Assembly: GCA_050014135.1 (NCBI GenBank)
Contig: JBEKDX010000001.1
Span: 1-53,311 of the forward strand
Source: Terracidiphilus sp.
GTDB taxonomy: Bacteria; Acidobacteriota; Terriglobia; Terriglobales; Acidobacteriaceae
Length of the DNA stretch: 53,311 nucleotides
Direction: 5' to 3'
Below the pieces are notes generated by a model, which was not told where the DNA came from, made no database searches, and saw only the letters and a program-made list of their open reading frames with translations. The translations under genes were made by a program, and so were the position numbers. Below, piece after piece: positions 10,484 to 19,716 of this stretch (within the stretch, counting starts at the first letter, position 1; every line of letters begins with the position of its first letter).

Positions 10484-11758
10484 ATGTCAGATTACGATTT
10501 TTTCACGAACGAATCCGTTGACGGGCCATTGCACAGGCCGCAGTCCATTGAGGAAATTGATGTCCGCCAGTCGATTCTCGAGGATCTTGCGTTAAAGATT
10601 CTTTGTCTGTCCGGCACACTCTCAATGCTTGACCTTGCCGATCGAACCAAGCTCAGCTTTGAGGTGGTGAAGGAGCTGTCAACCCAGTTGCGTGCGGAGT
10701 TGCTGTGTCAGGTGACGGGAATGACTGGGCACGTCCAGCAGATTGCCATCACCTCGCAGGGCAGGACGCGGGCGATGGACCTGCTTACGCAGAATCATTA
10801 CAGCGGCCCAGCGCCAGTCTCTCTGGTGAGCTACGTGGAGCAGACGCGGCTACAGAGTGTGCGCAAGGTGGAGGCTCACGCCGAAGACGTGAAGCGCGCC
10901 TTTGCGCATTTGGTGATCGATGAAGGGATGCTGCGGCAGTTTGGCACGGCGCTCAACTCCGGCAGCTCGATCTTTCTGTATGGTCCACCGGGAACCGGGA
11001 AGACCACGGTGGCCGAGACATTGTCACGGGTGCTGGCCGAAGATGAGGTGTGGATTCCGTACGCGGTGGAGGTCGATGGGGAGATCATCACGGTCTTCGA
11101 TCCGGCGGTTCACAAGCGCGTGGCGTCCTCGGGGAATGAGAACGTGGACGAACGCTGGGTGCATTGCCAGCGGCCCGCGGTTCTGGTGGGCGGCGAGCTG
11201 ACGGCCGAGATGCTGGACCTACAATTCAATCCGATTACGAAGTTCTATGTTGCTCCGGCGCAGATGAAAGCCAACAACGGGGTTCTGATCATCGACGATT
11301 TCGGGCGGCAGAAGATACGCCCAGAGGACCTGCTGAATCGCTGGGTGGTGCCGCTGGATCGGAGAATCGATTTTCTGGCGCTCTCGGGCGGCAAGAAGCT
11401 CGAGGTTCCCTTCGAGATGCTGGTCGTCTTCGCATCCAACATGGATCCGGCCGAGCTGGTGGACGCCTGCTTCCTTCGCAGAATTCAAACCAAGATCAAG
11501 GTCAGCGGACTCACCGATGCGCAATTCTGCGAGATATTCCGCCGCGTTGCCCAAGAGAATCGCGTTGAATTCGAAGCGGACATTCCGAGGGATCTGATCG
11601 AGTTTATTCGCGGCGTACTGAAGCAGGAGCTGCGGCAGTGCTACCCCAGGGATGTTGTGAACCAGGTACTTTGGTCCGCACGTTACGAAGGCAGGAAGCC
11701 GTATATGGATCACGCGGCGATGATGCAGGCGGTCGAAGCCTATTTCTTGCCCAAGTAG
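10484..11758 (+). CDS. AAA-family P-loop ATPase with an N-terminal extension, function unknown
   Basis: LYGPPGTGKT Walker A, VGGELT, QMKANNG, IIDDFGRQ Walker B-like, FLRRIQTKI. Start moved to ATG 10484. Confidence 0.85.
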   Translation: MSDYDFFTNESVDGPLHRPQSIEEIDVRQSILEDLALKILCLSGTLSMLDLADRTKLSFEVVKELSTQLRAELLCQVTGMTGHVQQIAITSQGRTRAMDLLTQNHYSGPAPVSLVSYVEQTRLQSVRKVEAHAEDVKRAFAHLVIDEGMLRQFGTALNSGSSIFLYGPPGTGKTTVAETLSRVLAEDEVWIPYAVEVDGEIITVFDPAVHKRVASSGNENVDERWVHCQRPAVLVGGELTAEMLDLQFNPITKFYVAPAQMKANNGVLIIDDFGRQKIRPEDLLNRWVVPLDRRIDFLALSGGKKLEVPFEMLVVFASNMDPAELVDACFLRRIQTKIKVSGLTDAQFCEIFRRVAQENRVEFEADIPRDLIEFIRGVLKQELRQCYPRDVVNQVLWSARYEGRKPYMDHAAMMQAVEAYFLPK

Positions 11759-11795
11759 TCAGGTCAGCCGGGAAGCGGCTACAAGCGCTTGTCGG

Positions 11796-11975
11796 CAGCT
11801 TGTTTCCGGGCTTGGCGGCACTGGCGTAGCCGTGAATCGTTTGGGCTGCCAGCGTGTTCCCGCCGGTATCGACCACCAGGGTCAACTCCTCGCCTGCGAT
11901 GAATCCCGCATTGACGCACCAGGGCGACGAATATCCCAGTCCCGTAACCGCGTAGCAATGATCGGTGAGCCGCAT
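11796..11975 (-). pseudogene. N-terminal fragment of an MBL-fold metallo-hydrolase
   Basis: MRLTDHCYAVTGLG...VNAGFIAGEELTLVVDTG matches the MBL strand/DTG pattern. Similarity stops after about 60 aa, before any HxHxDH motif, and the frame then runs antisense into the ATPase gene. Confidence 0.65.
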
Positions 11976-12010
11976 ATTTCCATTATTGTCCGGCTCCTGC
12001 TCGAAGCCTC

Positions 12011-13057
12011 CTAGGCCAGCTTGCTGCCTGCTGCTTCCATCAGGATGCAGAAGGCCTGGGCTTCGGTCGAGACTCCCGGCCGGTCGAAGTTGGGCGCGCC
12101 ACAAGCGCCCTGAACGTAGCCATCGGCATCCATCTTGAGACGGGCGGCGGCGCGCATCCGGTTGGCGTGCGGTTGATAGCTCACGGGAAGCCAGCCCGCG
12201 CTGATTCCTTCATAAATCGCGAAGGCCAGCATCTGGGCGAGATTGGTTTCCACGAAGGTCGCGGGCTGGTCGATCACGTCGTGAAAGAGACCGTCAGGGC
12301 GCTGATGCTGGAGACAGCCGTCGATAATCTGACGGGCAAAATCGGCCAGCCGCGCGCGATCCTGAGAGCGCTCGCGGGGCAAGGTGCGCAGCACGCGGGC
12401 GAGGCCGGCAGCGGCCCAGCCGTTGCCGCCGCCCCAGAAGTTGCCGTCATTGAACTGCCGCTTGCCGTCGTCCCAGATATGGGCGAGGAGCTTCTTCTGC
12501 GGGTTCCAGAGCCGCTGGCGAAAGCCCTCGATCTGCGCCAGCGCTTCATTCTGAAAGCCCATCGCAGCGAGAAAGGCAGGCGCGCCGTTGAAGCCGTCCG
12601 ACCACATCTCGGGCGCGTCGAAGACATGATAAAGAATGCCATCCTTGCTGCGCGGAGCCTTGAAGCGAATCCAAGCAAGCAGTCCATCGACCGCCTGCCG
12701 AATCTGCGCGTCGCCGCTCCACTCGGCTGCCTTCGCGTAGGCGCAGCCGCCCATCGCGGGATCGGTCGTGCCGCCGGAGACGACGACACCTAGCCGTCCG
12801 TCGGGCGTGCGCTGCACCATCGCGGCACGGGTCAGCAGAATCACGCGCTCGCGGTCGCCCGCCTCGACCATCGCCTCAGCCAGAATGCCCTGTTCCCAGT
12901 CGCGGCGCTGCATCGCCATAGCCGCCGCCGTCGCCTTCTCGATGCGGCGCGTGCTCTCAGAAATCGCTGGGCCGCTGACTGATTGGGCCAGCGCTCCAGG
13001 AAGTACCGCAAGCGGAGCAGTAAGTGCCGCAGAGCGGAGAAATAATCGCCGATTCAC
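12011..13057 (-). CDS. Glycoside hydrolase family 88/105 protein with Tat signal
   Basis: MNRRLFLR twin-arginine signal; DWEQG, EMWSDG, FWGGGNGW, QRPDGLFHDVID, FVETN. Confidence 0.85.
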   Translation of the reverse strand: MNRRLFLRSAALTAPLAVLPGALAQSVSGPAISESTRRIEKATAAAMAMQRRDWEQGILAEAMVEAGDRERVILLTRAAMVQRTPDGRLGVVVSGGTTDPAMGGCAYAKAAEWSGDAQIRQAVDGLLAWIRFKAPRSKDGILYHVFDAPEMWSDGFNGAPAFLAAMGFQNEALAQIEGFRQRLWNPQKKLLAHIWDDGKRQFNDGNFWGGGNGWAAAGLARVLRTLPRERSQDRARLADFARQIIDGCLQHQRPDGLFHDVIDQPATFVETNLAQMLAFAIYEGISAGWLPVSYQPHANRMRAAARLKMDADGYVQGACGAPNFDRPGVSTEAQAFCILMEAAGSKLA

Positions 13058-13103
13058 AAAATTACCTCACTATTCATCCGGCCCTCAAATAATGCTATCG
13101 TCT

Positions 13104-13186
13104 CCCACCCATTCAGCAAACCGGGGTCCCCAACATACGAACTTTGTGTGTTGGGGTGGAAAGAACGCTGAGTGGATGGGGCACCC
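13104..13186. repeat. Nested palindromic elements: family C inside family B
   Basis: Outer cccacccattcagc...gctgagtggatggggcaccc; inner gggtccccaacatacgaactttgtgtgttggggtgg (13124-13159). Confidence 0.7.
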
Positions 13187-13204
13187 AGCACCCAGGCCTT
13201 GGAG

Positions 13205-14134
13205 TTATGGCAGGTCATGCCCCCAGGCTTCGACTTCGACAAGACTGCACCATTTTTCCGGGTCCACGGGCACAAGATTCGTCAAGCGAAACCAGGTAAT
13301 CTTTCGCCGTGAAAAGCGGAAGTGCTGCAAGCCGGTGGAAGAAGTGATCTGGATGGGAAGCCGGCTGCCGTCGGAGAACTCGATCACCGCGCTCTTCCAA
13401 TAACTGTCATGGGGAAAGTCAGCGCGGATCATCAACTTGATCTTGTCCAGTGCAACGGGGCGGCCAAAGTCGAGCTTCCACCATGGATCGACGTGCTGCT
13501 CGGGACCCCAGGATTGATAGGGCCAGAGGCCGTGATGGCCGTTCTTCTCGATGCCGTCGATGGCATTGCGCGCGGCAAAGTCGAAGAGATTCCGGGCATA
13601 GCTATTCGTGCTGCTATGCGGAAATGCTGTTGCTGGCGCATCTTCCGGCAGCACTGCATCGCAGGGATTCAGCGCAAGATTCCGATAGCCGGAGCGCTCA
13701 CTCCGGGTGAGAATGCGAGCCTCAACACGATGAGATTTTCCGGTAAAGCTTTCGGGCGAGTAGGCGCTCCCGGTCTGCTGCTCGGCTTGGCCGTATGGAA
13801 TTGCGAAGTCGAATTGCCCTTGCGTGGAGCTTGGCAGATAGAGCAGGCACTCGGAGAAGTTCTGATCGAAGCGCACGGCGACGCGCTGCGGCCCGCGCAG
13901 GACGATGTGATCGCCCGGCTGATATTCGTGATCGAAGGCGACGGATGCGGTGGGTGAAGCAGCATTCGCGCCGGAGCTGGCAATCTCCGCTCCATGAGTG
14001 TCCAGCACCGAGATGCGTATTGGTTCCTTGCCGCTTTGAGCGTGCAGCGCTCCAACCGGCAACGCAAAGAAACCGACAGCTGCGAGAGCAGTCCCCCTAG
14101 CCAGCGCAAACAATCCCGGCCCTGCGACCATCAC
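13205..14134 (-). CDS. Secreted carbohydrate-binding protein (galactose-binding/discoidin-like C-terminal domain)
   Basis: Signal peptide ending LHAQ; RNLALNP, FAARNAIDG, WPYQSWG, WWKLDFGRPV, RADFPHDSYW. Confidence 0.7.
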   Translation of the reverse strand: MMVAGPGLFALARGTALAAVGFFALPVGALHAQSGKEPIRISVLDTHGAEIASSGANAASPTASVAFDHEYQPGDHIVLRGPQRVAVRFDQNFSECLLYLPSSTQGQFDFAIPYGQAEQQTGSAYSPESFTGKSHRVEARILTRSERSGYRNLALNPCDAVLPEDAPATAFPHSSTNSYARNLFDFAARNAIDGIEKNGHHGLWPYQSWGPEQHVDPWWKLDFGRPVALDKIKLMIRADFPHDSYWKSAVIEFSDGSRLPIQITSSTGLQHFRFSRRKITWFRLTNLVPVDPEKWCSLVEVEAWGHDLP

Positions 14135-14169
14135 TCCTCCAAGCTTTCAATTCGAGCGATTCAGTTACG

Positions 14170-14205
14170 GGTGTCCCAGGTATCGACTTTGAGACCTGGG
14201 ACACC
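14170..14205. repeat. Intergenic palindromic REP-like hairpin
   Basis: ggtgtcccaggt ... acctgggacacc, a perfect 12-bp stem. Confidence 0.75.
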
Positions 14206-14253
14206 ACGAACCATTGCGAGCGCACAGCGCACGGCTGGACCCACTGCAGGTGA

Positions 14254-15162
14254 TCAGCCTTTCGCTTTGTCCGCTCCAAGCATCGACTCCAGAATCTGGT
14301 CGGAGACTTCCTTGACCGCTCCAGGCGAATGGGAGAGGAACAATGTATTGGTTTTGTCGCTCTCGCCGATGGACTTGAGCGTGTCAAAGTACTGCGTGAC
14401 CAGCACCAACTGCATCACGTCCTTCGACGACGCGCCATCGACGGCCTTCTGGAACTCCTCGACAGAGTTCTGCAAGCCCTCGATGATCGCCTTACGCTGA
14501 TTGGCGATGCCCTGCCCTTGCAGCGCCTTGCTCTCGGCCTCGGCCTCGGCCCGCTTCACCACCAGAATCTTTTCCGCCTCGCCGCGGGCGTTGGCGGCAA
14601 CCTGCTCGCGCTGAGCGGCATTGATGTCGTTCATCGCCGACTTGACTTTTTGATCGGGAACGATGTCGGTGACCAGCACATTCACGATCTCGAATCCGAA
14701 GGTGGCCATGTCGGCGTCGAGTTCCTGCTTGACGGCCGCGGCGATGCTCGATTGCGAGGCAAAGACCTCATCGAGTGTCATGCCGGGCACGTGGCCGAGA
14801 ATCACCTGTTCGACATAGCTCTTGATCTGCGCCGTCGGGTCGGAGAGCTTGTAAAACGCGTCGTAGACCTTCTCCGGGCGCACACGATTCTGCACCGAAA
14901 TCGGAATGGTGACAAAGACGTTGTCCTTGGTCTTGGTCTCCATGGTCAACGAAATCTGATTGACGCGCAGGCTCACCATGCCGGCTACGGTGTCGAAGAA
15001 CGGCACCTTCCAGTTCAAGCCTGGATCAGCCGCACGAAGAAACTTGCCAAAGCGGGTGAGAACGGCCACCTCGGCTGTGTTCACGGTGAAGAAGCTGCTT
15101 AGAAAGATGATGAGAATGACGAGAGCCACCGCTCCCAGCGGAATCAGAATGACCGGGTCCAT
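14254..15162 (-). CDS. SPFH/band 7 domain membrane protein
   Basis: N-terminal TM helix, RFGKF, ETKTKDNVFV, MNDINAAQR, EAESKALQGQGIANQRKAI, TQYFDTLK. GGAG before ATG 15162. Confidence 0.93.
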   Translation of the reverse strand: MDPVILIPLGAVALVILIIFLSSFFTVNTAEVAVLTRFGKFLRAADPGLNWKVPFFDTVAGMVSLRVNQISLTMETKTKDNVFVTIPISVQNRVRPEKVYDAFYKLSDPTAQIKSYVEQVILGHVPGMTLDEVFASQSSIAAAVKQELDADMATFGFEIVNVLVTDIVPDQKVKSAMNDINAAQREQVAANARGEAEKILVVKRAEAEAESKALQGQGIANQRKAIIEGLQNSVEEFQKAVDGASSKDVMQLVLVTQYFDTLKSIGESDKTNTLFLSHSPGAVKEVSDQILESMLGADKAKG

Positions 15163-15250
15163 AGAACTCCTCCGCTGCCTCATTTAGAGGCAACCGAGAA
15201 TTATACGGGATTTGCATGACGGTCGAATGACTCGCCTGCGAACTCCGCCG

Positions 15251-16930
15251 CTATTGCTTTTCGTCCGGCATCATGCGGTCGAAGTCGAGGCCAAAATGCG
15301 GCTGTTCGCGCGTTCCGTCGATGTGGATGGGAAGCTCGGTTCCGACGCCGCTTTTCTTCAAGAAGCCGTCAGCCGGCGCCAGCAGCATTCCCTTCCAGCC
15401 GCCCACCATTCTGGAGACCGGAGCCTCCATCTTCGCGGTGCCGTCAAAATCGAGCGCGCCACCATCCAAGCCATAAGTTCCCTGGAGTTGAATCTTCGCG
15501 CCGGGCACGGTGAACTCCAGCGTCGGCAGCGTGATGACGCCGCTGGCCAACTGGAAGTTGCCCTGCATCGCGGAGAGGATCGTAGCCGGATCGGTGGACC
15601 TGACCTCCTCGGGCCGCCCCTGGCCGTGCAGGCTCAGCTTGGCGATGCGCCCTTGCATCTTGGTGTTGGAGAAGAGCGCCTGATCGAGCGCGAAGTTGCC
15701 ATTCAGTTCCAGCCGCTCGTGCAGCGGCGCTGGACCGGGCGGAATGTGCAGCGAGGTCTTCATCGTCATATTGCCGGACAGCAGCGCCTCGCCGGAGCGG
15801 CTGGCGAGGCGAAGAAAATCCTCGATCCGCGCCTTGTCAACGTTCACCATGAGGGCGATGTCGTGGCCGCCATACTGCTGCGCGCCTTCGACGACCGCTC
15901 CCGGCAGGCGCACAATCTGCCCCCGCGCGGTAAAGTGCGAGCGGCCCAGAGTCGCGTCCACGGGGTCGAGCCAGGTATCGCCGTTGGTCCCGTCCACATA
16001 CGCGTGATAGCGCGTGGTGAGGGGCATCGCATGGCCAAAGTGCGTCAGGCGGAAATCCGGCGTATCAGTCACGCCGTCCACCGCCAGATGCCGCAGCGTG
16101 CCATCGAAGTAGCCGATGGAGTTGAGAGTTCCAGCAATGCCTTTGAAGGTGACCAGGTCGGCATTCTCCAGGCGATAGTCGCCGGAGATTGGGACCTCGC
16201 CCAAATCAGTTCCATGCCATGGCCCAAAGCTGCCGGTCGTGTAGATTGTTCCCTTGGGCTTGGGGTTGGTCAACTCGGCGTCAAAGCCCATCGCGCCGCC
16301 TGAAGCAATGTTGGTCAGTTTGAGATGGGCAATCGCAAACTCCAGCGGCAGCTTGCCTGGCTTGTCAGTTTCGAGCACCAGATCGGCGCCGGTGCACTCG
16401 ATTGTCTCGACCTCCAAACTCACCAGAGCAGCCGTCCTGTCAGCGGGCTGGCCAGCATCTGCAAAGGCGTGGTCGAAGTGCGATCTGGGCGGCAAGTGAA
16501 TGCTCAGCCCTTTCATTTCGACCAGCGAAATGTGAAAGGGTTTTCCGGGGACGTAGCGCAGCGGCGCGTGAAAGCGAAACTCCTCGAGGCGAATGAGCGG
16601 CTCGCCCTGCCCTGCGGGAACAGCCAGGTCCGCAACATTCGCGGACGGCCAGATGCGCAGCCCCTTGCCCTGGGCCCACAGCCCGTTGACCAGCGAGAGA
16701 TGAAAGTTGTCCAGCTCGACGCGGGCGTGAAAGCGATCAGAGAGCGCTTGGATAATGCGAGCGCGCAGGAACGGCTCTGCCCGCCGCAGCCCGACCTCGA
16801 CTATCACTGCCGCCGTGGTCACGGCCAGCAGCAGCCCACCCGCAACCCACTTCACCCATCCGTGACTCTGCTGCCTGCGAAGGAACGATTCACGAACCAA
16901 AGTCAAACCCGCCTTCCGGTTGGCTTCCAT
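15251..16930 (-). CDS. AsmA-like protein
   Basis: N-terminal TM anchor followed by a long beta-rich region; C-terminal LPIHIDGTREQPHFGLD resembles the AsmA-type terminus. Confidence 0.7.
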   Translation of the reverse strand: MEANRKAGLTLVRESFLRRQQSHGWVKWVAGGLLLAVTTAAVIVEVGLRRAEPFLRARIIQALSDRFHARVELDNFHLSLVNGLWAQGKGLRIWPSANVADLAVPAGQGEPLIRLEEFRFHAPLRYVPGKPFHISLVEMKGLSIHLPPRSHFDHAFADAGQPADRTAALVSLEVETIECTGADLVLETDKPGKLPLEFAIAHLKLTNIASGGAMGFDAELTNPKPKGTIYTTGSFGPWHGTDLGEVPISGDYRLENADLVTFKGIAGTLNSIGYFDGTLRHLAVDGVTDTPDFRLTHFGHAMPLTTRYHAYVDGTNGDTWLDPVDATLGRSHFTARGQIVRLPGAVVEGAQQYGGHDIALMVNVDKARIEDFLRLASRSGEALLSGNMTMKTSLHIPPGPAPLHERLELNGNFALDQALFSNTKMQGRIAKLSLHGQGRPEEVRSTDPATILSAMQGNFQLASGVITLPTLEFTVPGAKIQLQGTYGLDGGALDFDGTAKMEAPVSRMVGGWKGMLLAPADGFLKKSGVGTELPIHIDGTREQPHFGLDFDRMMPDEKQ

Positions 16931-16996
16931 TGTCGCAGGATTCCCCCACCCCCATTTTCTTTATCCATGCCCAATGACGTAAACTTGCTAACACGG

Positions 16997-17776
16997 ATGC
17001 AAGCGCAGATTGAAAACCTCGTAAAGCTGCAAGCGGTGGAGCTGGAGCGGACACGCCTCACGAAGGCTGAACACTCTCTACCGGCTGAAATCGCGCAGGC
17101 TCAGGCCGCGTTGGCCGCTGCCGAACGCCAGGCTACCGCGGCTTCGGACGCCCTGAGCCGCGAGGAAACGCTGCGCGCGCGCCTCGATCGCGAGATCGTG
17201 ACCCATCGCCAGAAGGCTGTGCGTTATCGCACCCAGTTAGACGCGATCAAGACGCCCGAGCAGGCTAGCGCCGTCGAGCACGAGCTCAGCTTTGCCGAAG
17301 CCGAGGCCGCTCGCCTCGAGAACGAGGATTTTACCAGCCTGGAACGCAGCGAGGCACAGGAGGTAGAGCTTGCCGCCGCCCGCGCTCAGGTTGAGTTGAT
17401 GGCCGCCGCTCTGGAAAAGACCCGCGCCCGAGTCCGTCTTCACCAGGCCGAGTACGCCCGGGAGCTGGCCGCGCTGAACGTTGAACGCGAGGCTCTTCGC
17501 CCGCTGATCGAGGCCGAAGTGCTCACTCGCTTCGACCGCCTCTGCGGCTCACGCGGCACAGGCCTGGCGCGCGTTGAGAACCAGCAATGCACCGGCTGCC
17601 GCATGGGTGTCCGGCCGCAGACCTGGAACCAACTGCGCGAAGGAGAACTGCTCACCTGCGACAGTTGCGCCCGCCTGCTCTACTGGGATCCGGCGATGGC
17701 TCCCGCTGTGGCCCAACCGGAGGACGCCAAGCCCAAACCCAAACGCAAGCGCGCCAAACCTCCAGTGGGAGAATGA
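16997..17776 (+). CDS. Coiled-coil protein with C4 zinc ribbon (DUF164/HP0958-like)
   Basis: LVKLQAVELE start, long helical region, CTGC...CDSCARLLY. Start moved to ATG 16997. Confidence 0.88.
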   Translation: MQAQIENLVKLQAVELERTRLTKAEHSLPAEIAQAQAALAAAERQATAASDALSREETLRARLDREIVTHRQKAVRYRTQLDAIKTPEQASAVEHELSFAEAEAARLENEDFTSLERSEAQEVELAAARAQVELMAAALEKTRARVRLHQAEYARELAALNVEREALRPLIEAEVLTRFDRLCGSRGTGLARVENQQCTGCRMGVRPQTWNQLREGELLTCDSCARLLYWDPAMAPAVAQPEDAKPKPKRKRAKPPVGE

Positions 17777-18315
17777 CCGTGCAGCGGATTTGTGTGGACA
17801 TGGATGAGGTGATGGCGGACACCCTCGCCGAACACCTGCGCCGCTACAACCAGACCTTCGACGAGGATGTCAGGCCGCAAGACCTGGCCGGCAAGGGGCT
17901 GTGGGAGATTACGCCGCTCGACCGCCAGCAGCAGCTTCGCGCCTTTCTGGACGCTGAGGACTTCTTCGAGGTTCTAGCCGTGATGCCCGGCGCGCCGGAG
18001 GTGCTGGAGCAGCTCTCCACCCGCTATGAAGTCTTTATCGCCACCCAGGCGATGGCGATTCCCAACTCGCTCGGGCCCAAGTATCGCTGGCTGCAGCGCC
18101 ACTTCCCTTTCATTCCGCCCACGCACTATGTTTTCTGCGGCAACAAAAGCATTCTTCGCGCCGACTATCTGATCGACGACCTCCCCAATAACCTGCTTCG
18201 CTTTGAGGGCCAGGGACTGCTTTACACCGCCCCGCATAACCTGACCGCGACCGGCTTTCTGCGCGTGGATAATTGGCGGCAAGTGGCCGATTACTTTGCA
18301 ACTCAGGGCGGCTAG
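17773..18315 (+). CDS. 5'(3')-deoxyribonucleotidase, HAD family NT5C
   Basis: RICVDMDEVMAD (DxD), KYRWLQRHFPFI, VFCGNK, DYLIDD. ATGA overlap with the upstream gene. Confidence 0.92.
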   Translation: MTVQRICVDMDEVMADTLAEHLRRYNQTFDEDVRPQDLAGKGLWEITPLDRQQQLRAFLDAEDFFEVLAVMPGAPEVLEQLSTRYEVFIATQAMAIPNSLGPKYRWLQRHFPFIPPTHYVFCGNKSILRADYLIDDLPNNLLRFEGQGLLYTAPHNLTATGFLRVDNWRQVADYFATQGG

Positions 18316-18355
18316 AGTTTTATTTTCCCATCGTGAGTGACCGCGCCGGGCAGCC

Positions 18356-19267
18356 TCAGGCCTTGACAGTCATATTGGCATCGAAGGCCGCGAGCATGGA
18401 TTCGATATTTGCAAACTGCGAGACCGGCAGCAGGTCAAAGGTAATCGCGCAGGCGACAATGATGCTTCTTCCATCGACGTTCAGCACCTGGTCGCGGCTG
18501 GCCGCCGTCAGGCGGGCAATCGCCATGCGCGTGGCTGCAGCGGAGATTTGCCGCCGGATCACGGCCATCAAAACGTACCGTCCCCAGTGGAAGAGGCGGT
18601 CTTCAGAGCGCAGAGCCTGGATCAGGAATTGGGCGGCTTCGTTCAAGTAGTCTCTGGCGGTATCCTCGCCATAGCGCTGCTCGATGGTCTCCAGCAGCGT
18701 GAAGCGGAAGAGAATGACATAGCCTTGCGGGTCAACGCCAAAGAGCGGGTCGAGGTGGCCTTTGGCCTGCGAAGGGCCGGGCAGGCCGGTCGGACCCTGG
18801 AAGTTATCCCATGGGCAGTTATCGGCGGGGATCAGTTCGGGCCGGAAAGCCTCGACCGCCTGGGCCTTCTTGATCAGTTCTTTCTCGGTGAGGATCGCGC
18901 GATACTCAGCCATGCCAAGGTTGATGGCTTCTATCAGAGATTCCTTGGAGCATGGCTTGGTGAGAAAGCGGAAGATGTTGCCCTCATTGACCGCGTCAAT
19001 GGCCGCGCTGAGGTCGGTGTATCCGGTAAGCAGCATTCTTACCGTGTCCGGCGCATTCTCGCGCACCTGCGCCAGGAACTGGGCGCCATTCATACCCGGC
19101 ATCCGCATATCGGAGATCACGATGGCGTAGGGACCGTGGTCGTGGATCGTCGCCAGGCCCTTCTCCCCTCCCACAGCCGTATCCACCTCGAACTCCTTGC
19201 GCAGCATTCGCCTGTAACCGTCCAGGACAGCGGGTTCGTCGTCCACGAAAAGGATTTTGTCATCCAC
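18356..19267 (-). CDS. Response regulator with degenerate GGDEF-like C-terminal domain
   Basis: ILFVDD, ISDMRMPGMNG, FLTKP receiver. C-terminus GPTGLP...IEQRYGEDTARDYL...DRLFHWGRYVL follows the GGDEF layout but lacks GG(D/E)EF. GGAG before GTG 19267. Confidence 0.8.
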   Translation of the reverse strand: MDDKILFVDDEPAVLDGYRRMLRKEFEVDTAVGGEKGLATIHDHGPYAIVISDMRMPGMNGAQFLAQVRENAPDTVRMLLTGYTDLSAAIDAVNEGNIFRFLTKPCSKESLIEAINLGMAEYRAILTEKELIKKAQAVEAFRPELIPADNCPWDNFQGPTGLPGPSQAKGHLDPLFGVDPQGYVILFRFTLLETIEQRYGEDTARDYLNEAAQFLIQALRSEDRLFHWGRYVLMAVIRRQISAAATRMAIARLTAASRDQVLNVDGRSIIVACAITFDLLPVSQFANIESMLAAFDANMTVKA

Positions 19268-19716
19268 GATGCATACTCCTTGCAACCGGCGGCGTTGCTA
19301 CCGCTCGTGCCTGCGCCGCAAAGAGCCGGGAAAAGACGCAGGCGCATATGTATCTCATCGGCAGTATGCTCGGAAAGAATCAGGTCTTCAATGTCCATCG
19401 AGCCGACAGAAGTTTCAGGCCCTGGAATTTGAAGGCCATAACAGTCACATATCCATCTGATCGTCAGCTTGTTCCCGGTGAATCAGGTAATTTACATCCT
19501 CTTATCGAAGAGGTTGGGGTGCGGTCCCGTCCAGCGTCTTATGAAAGCGTCATATTTGCCGATAAATCTTGCAGCCGAGTGCACTCGGCACGATGGGCAA
19601 CCACACGCTCACGGGGCCGTGTCAGTAAATCGACCTGAGCACGGAGGGCACCGAACGAATTACGAACGGAAGAACGGATTCGGCATTGCACGGATGGCCG
19701 AGAAGGAAAGCAAGTT

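Noticed and set aside
15212-16996. 363-aa ORF and the long N-terminal extension of the zinc-ribbon ORF
   Set aside because: Antisense to the AsmA-like gene; family similarity begins at 16997.
19285-19716. Several 67-109 aa ORFs between the regulator and the first kinase
   Set aside because: Mutually overlapping with no motifs; more likely a divergent promoter region.
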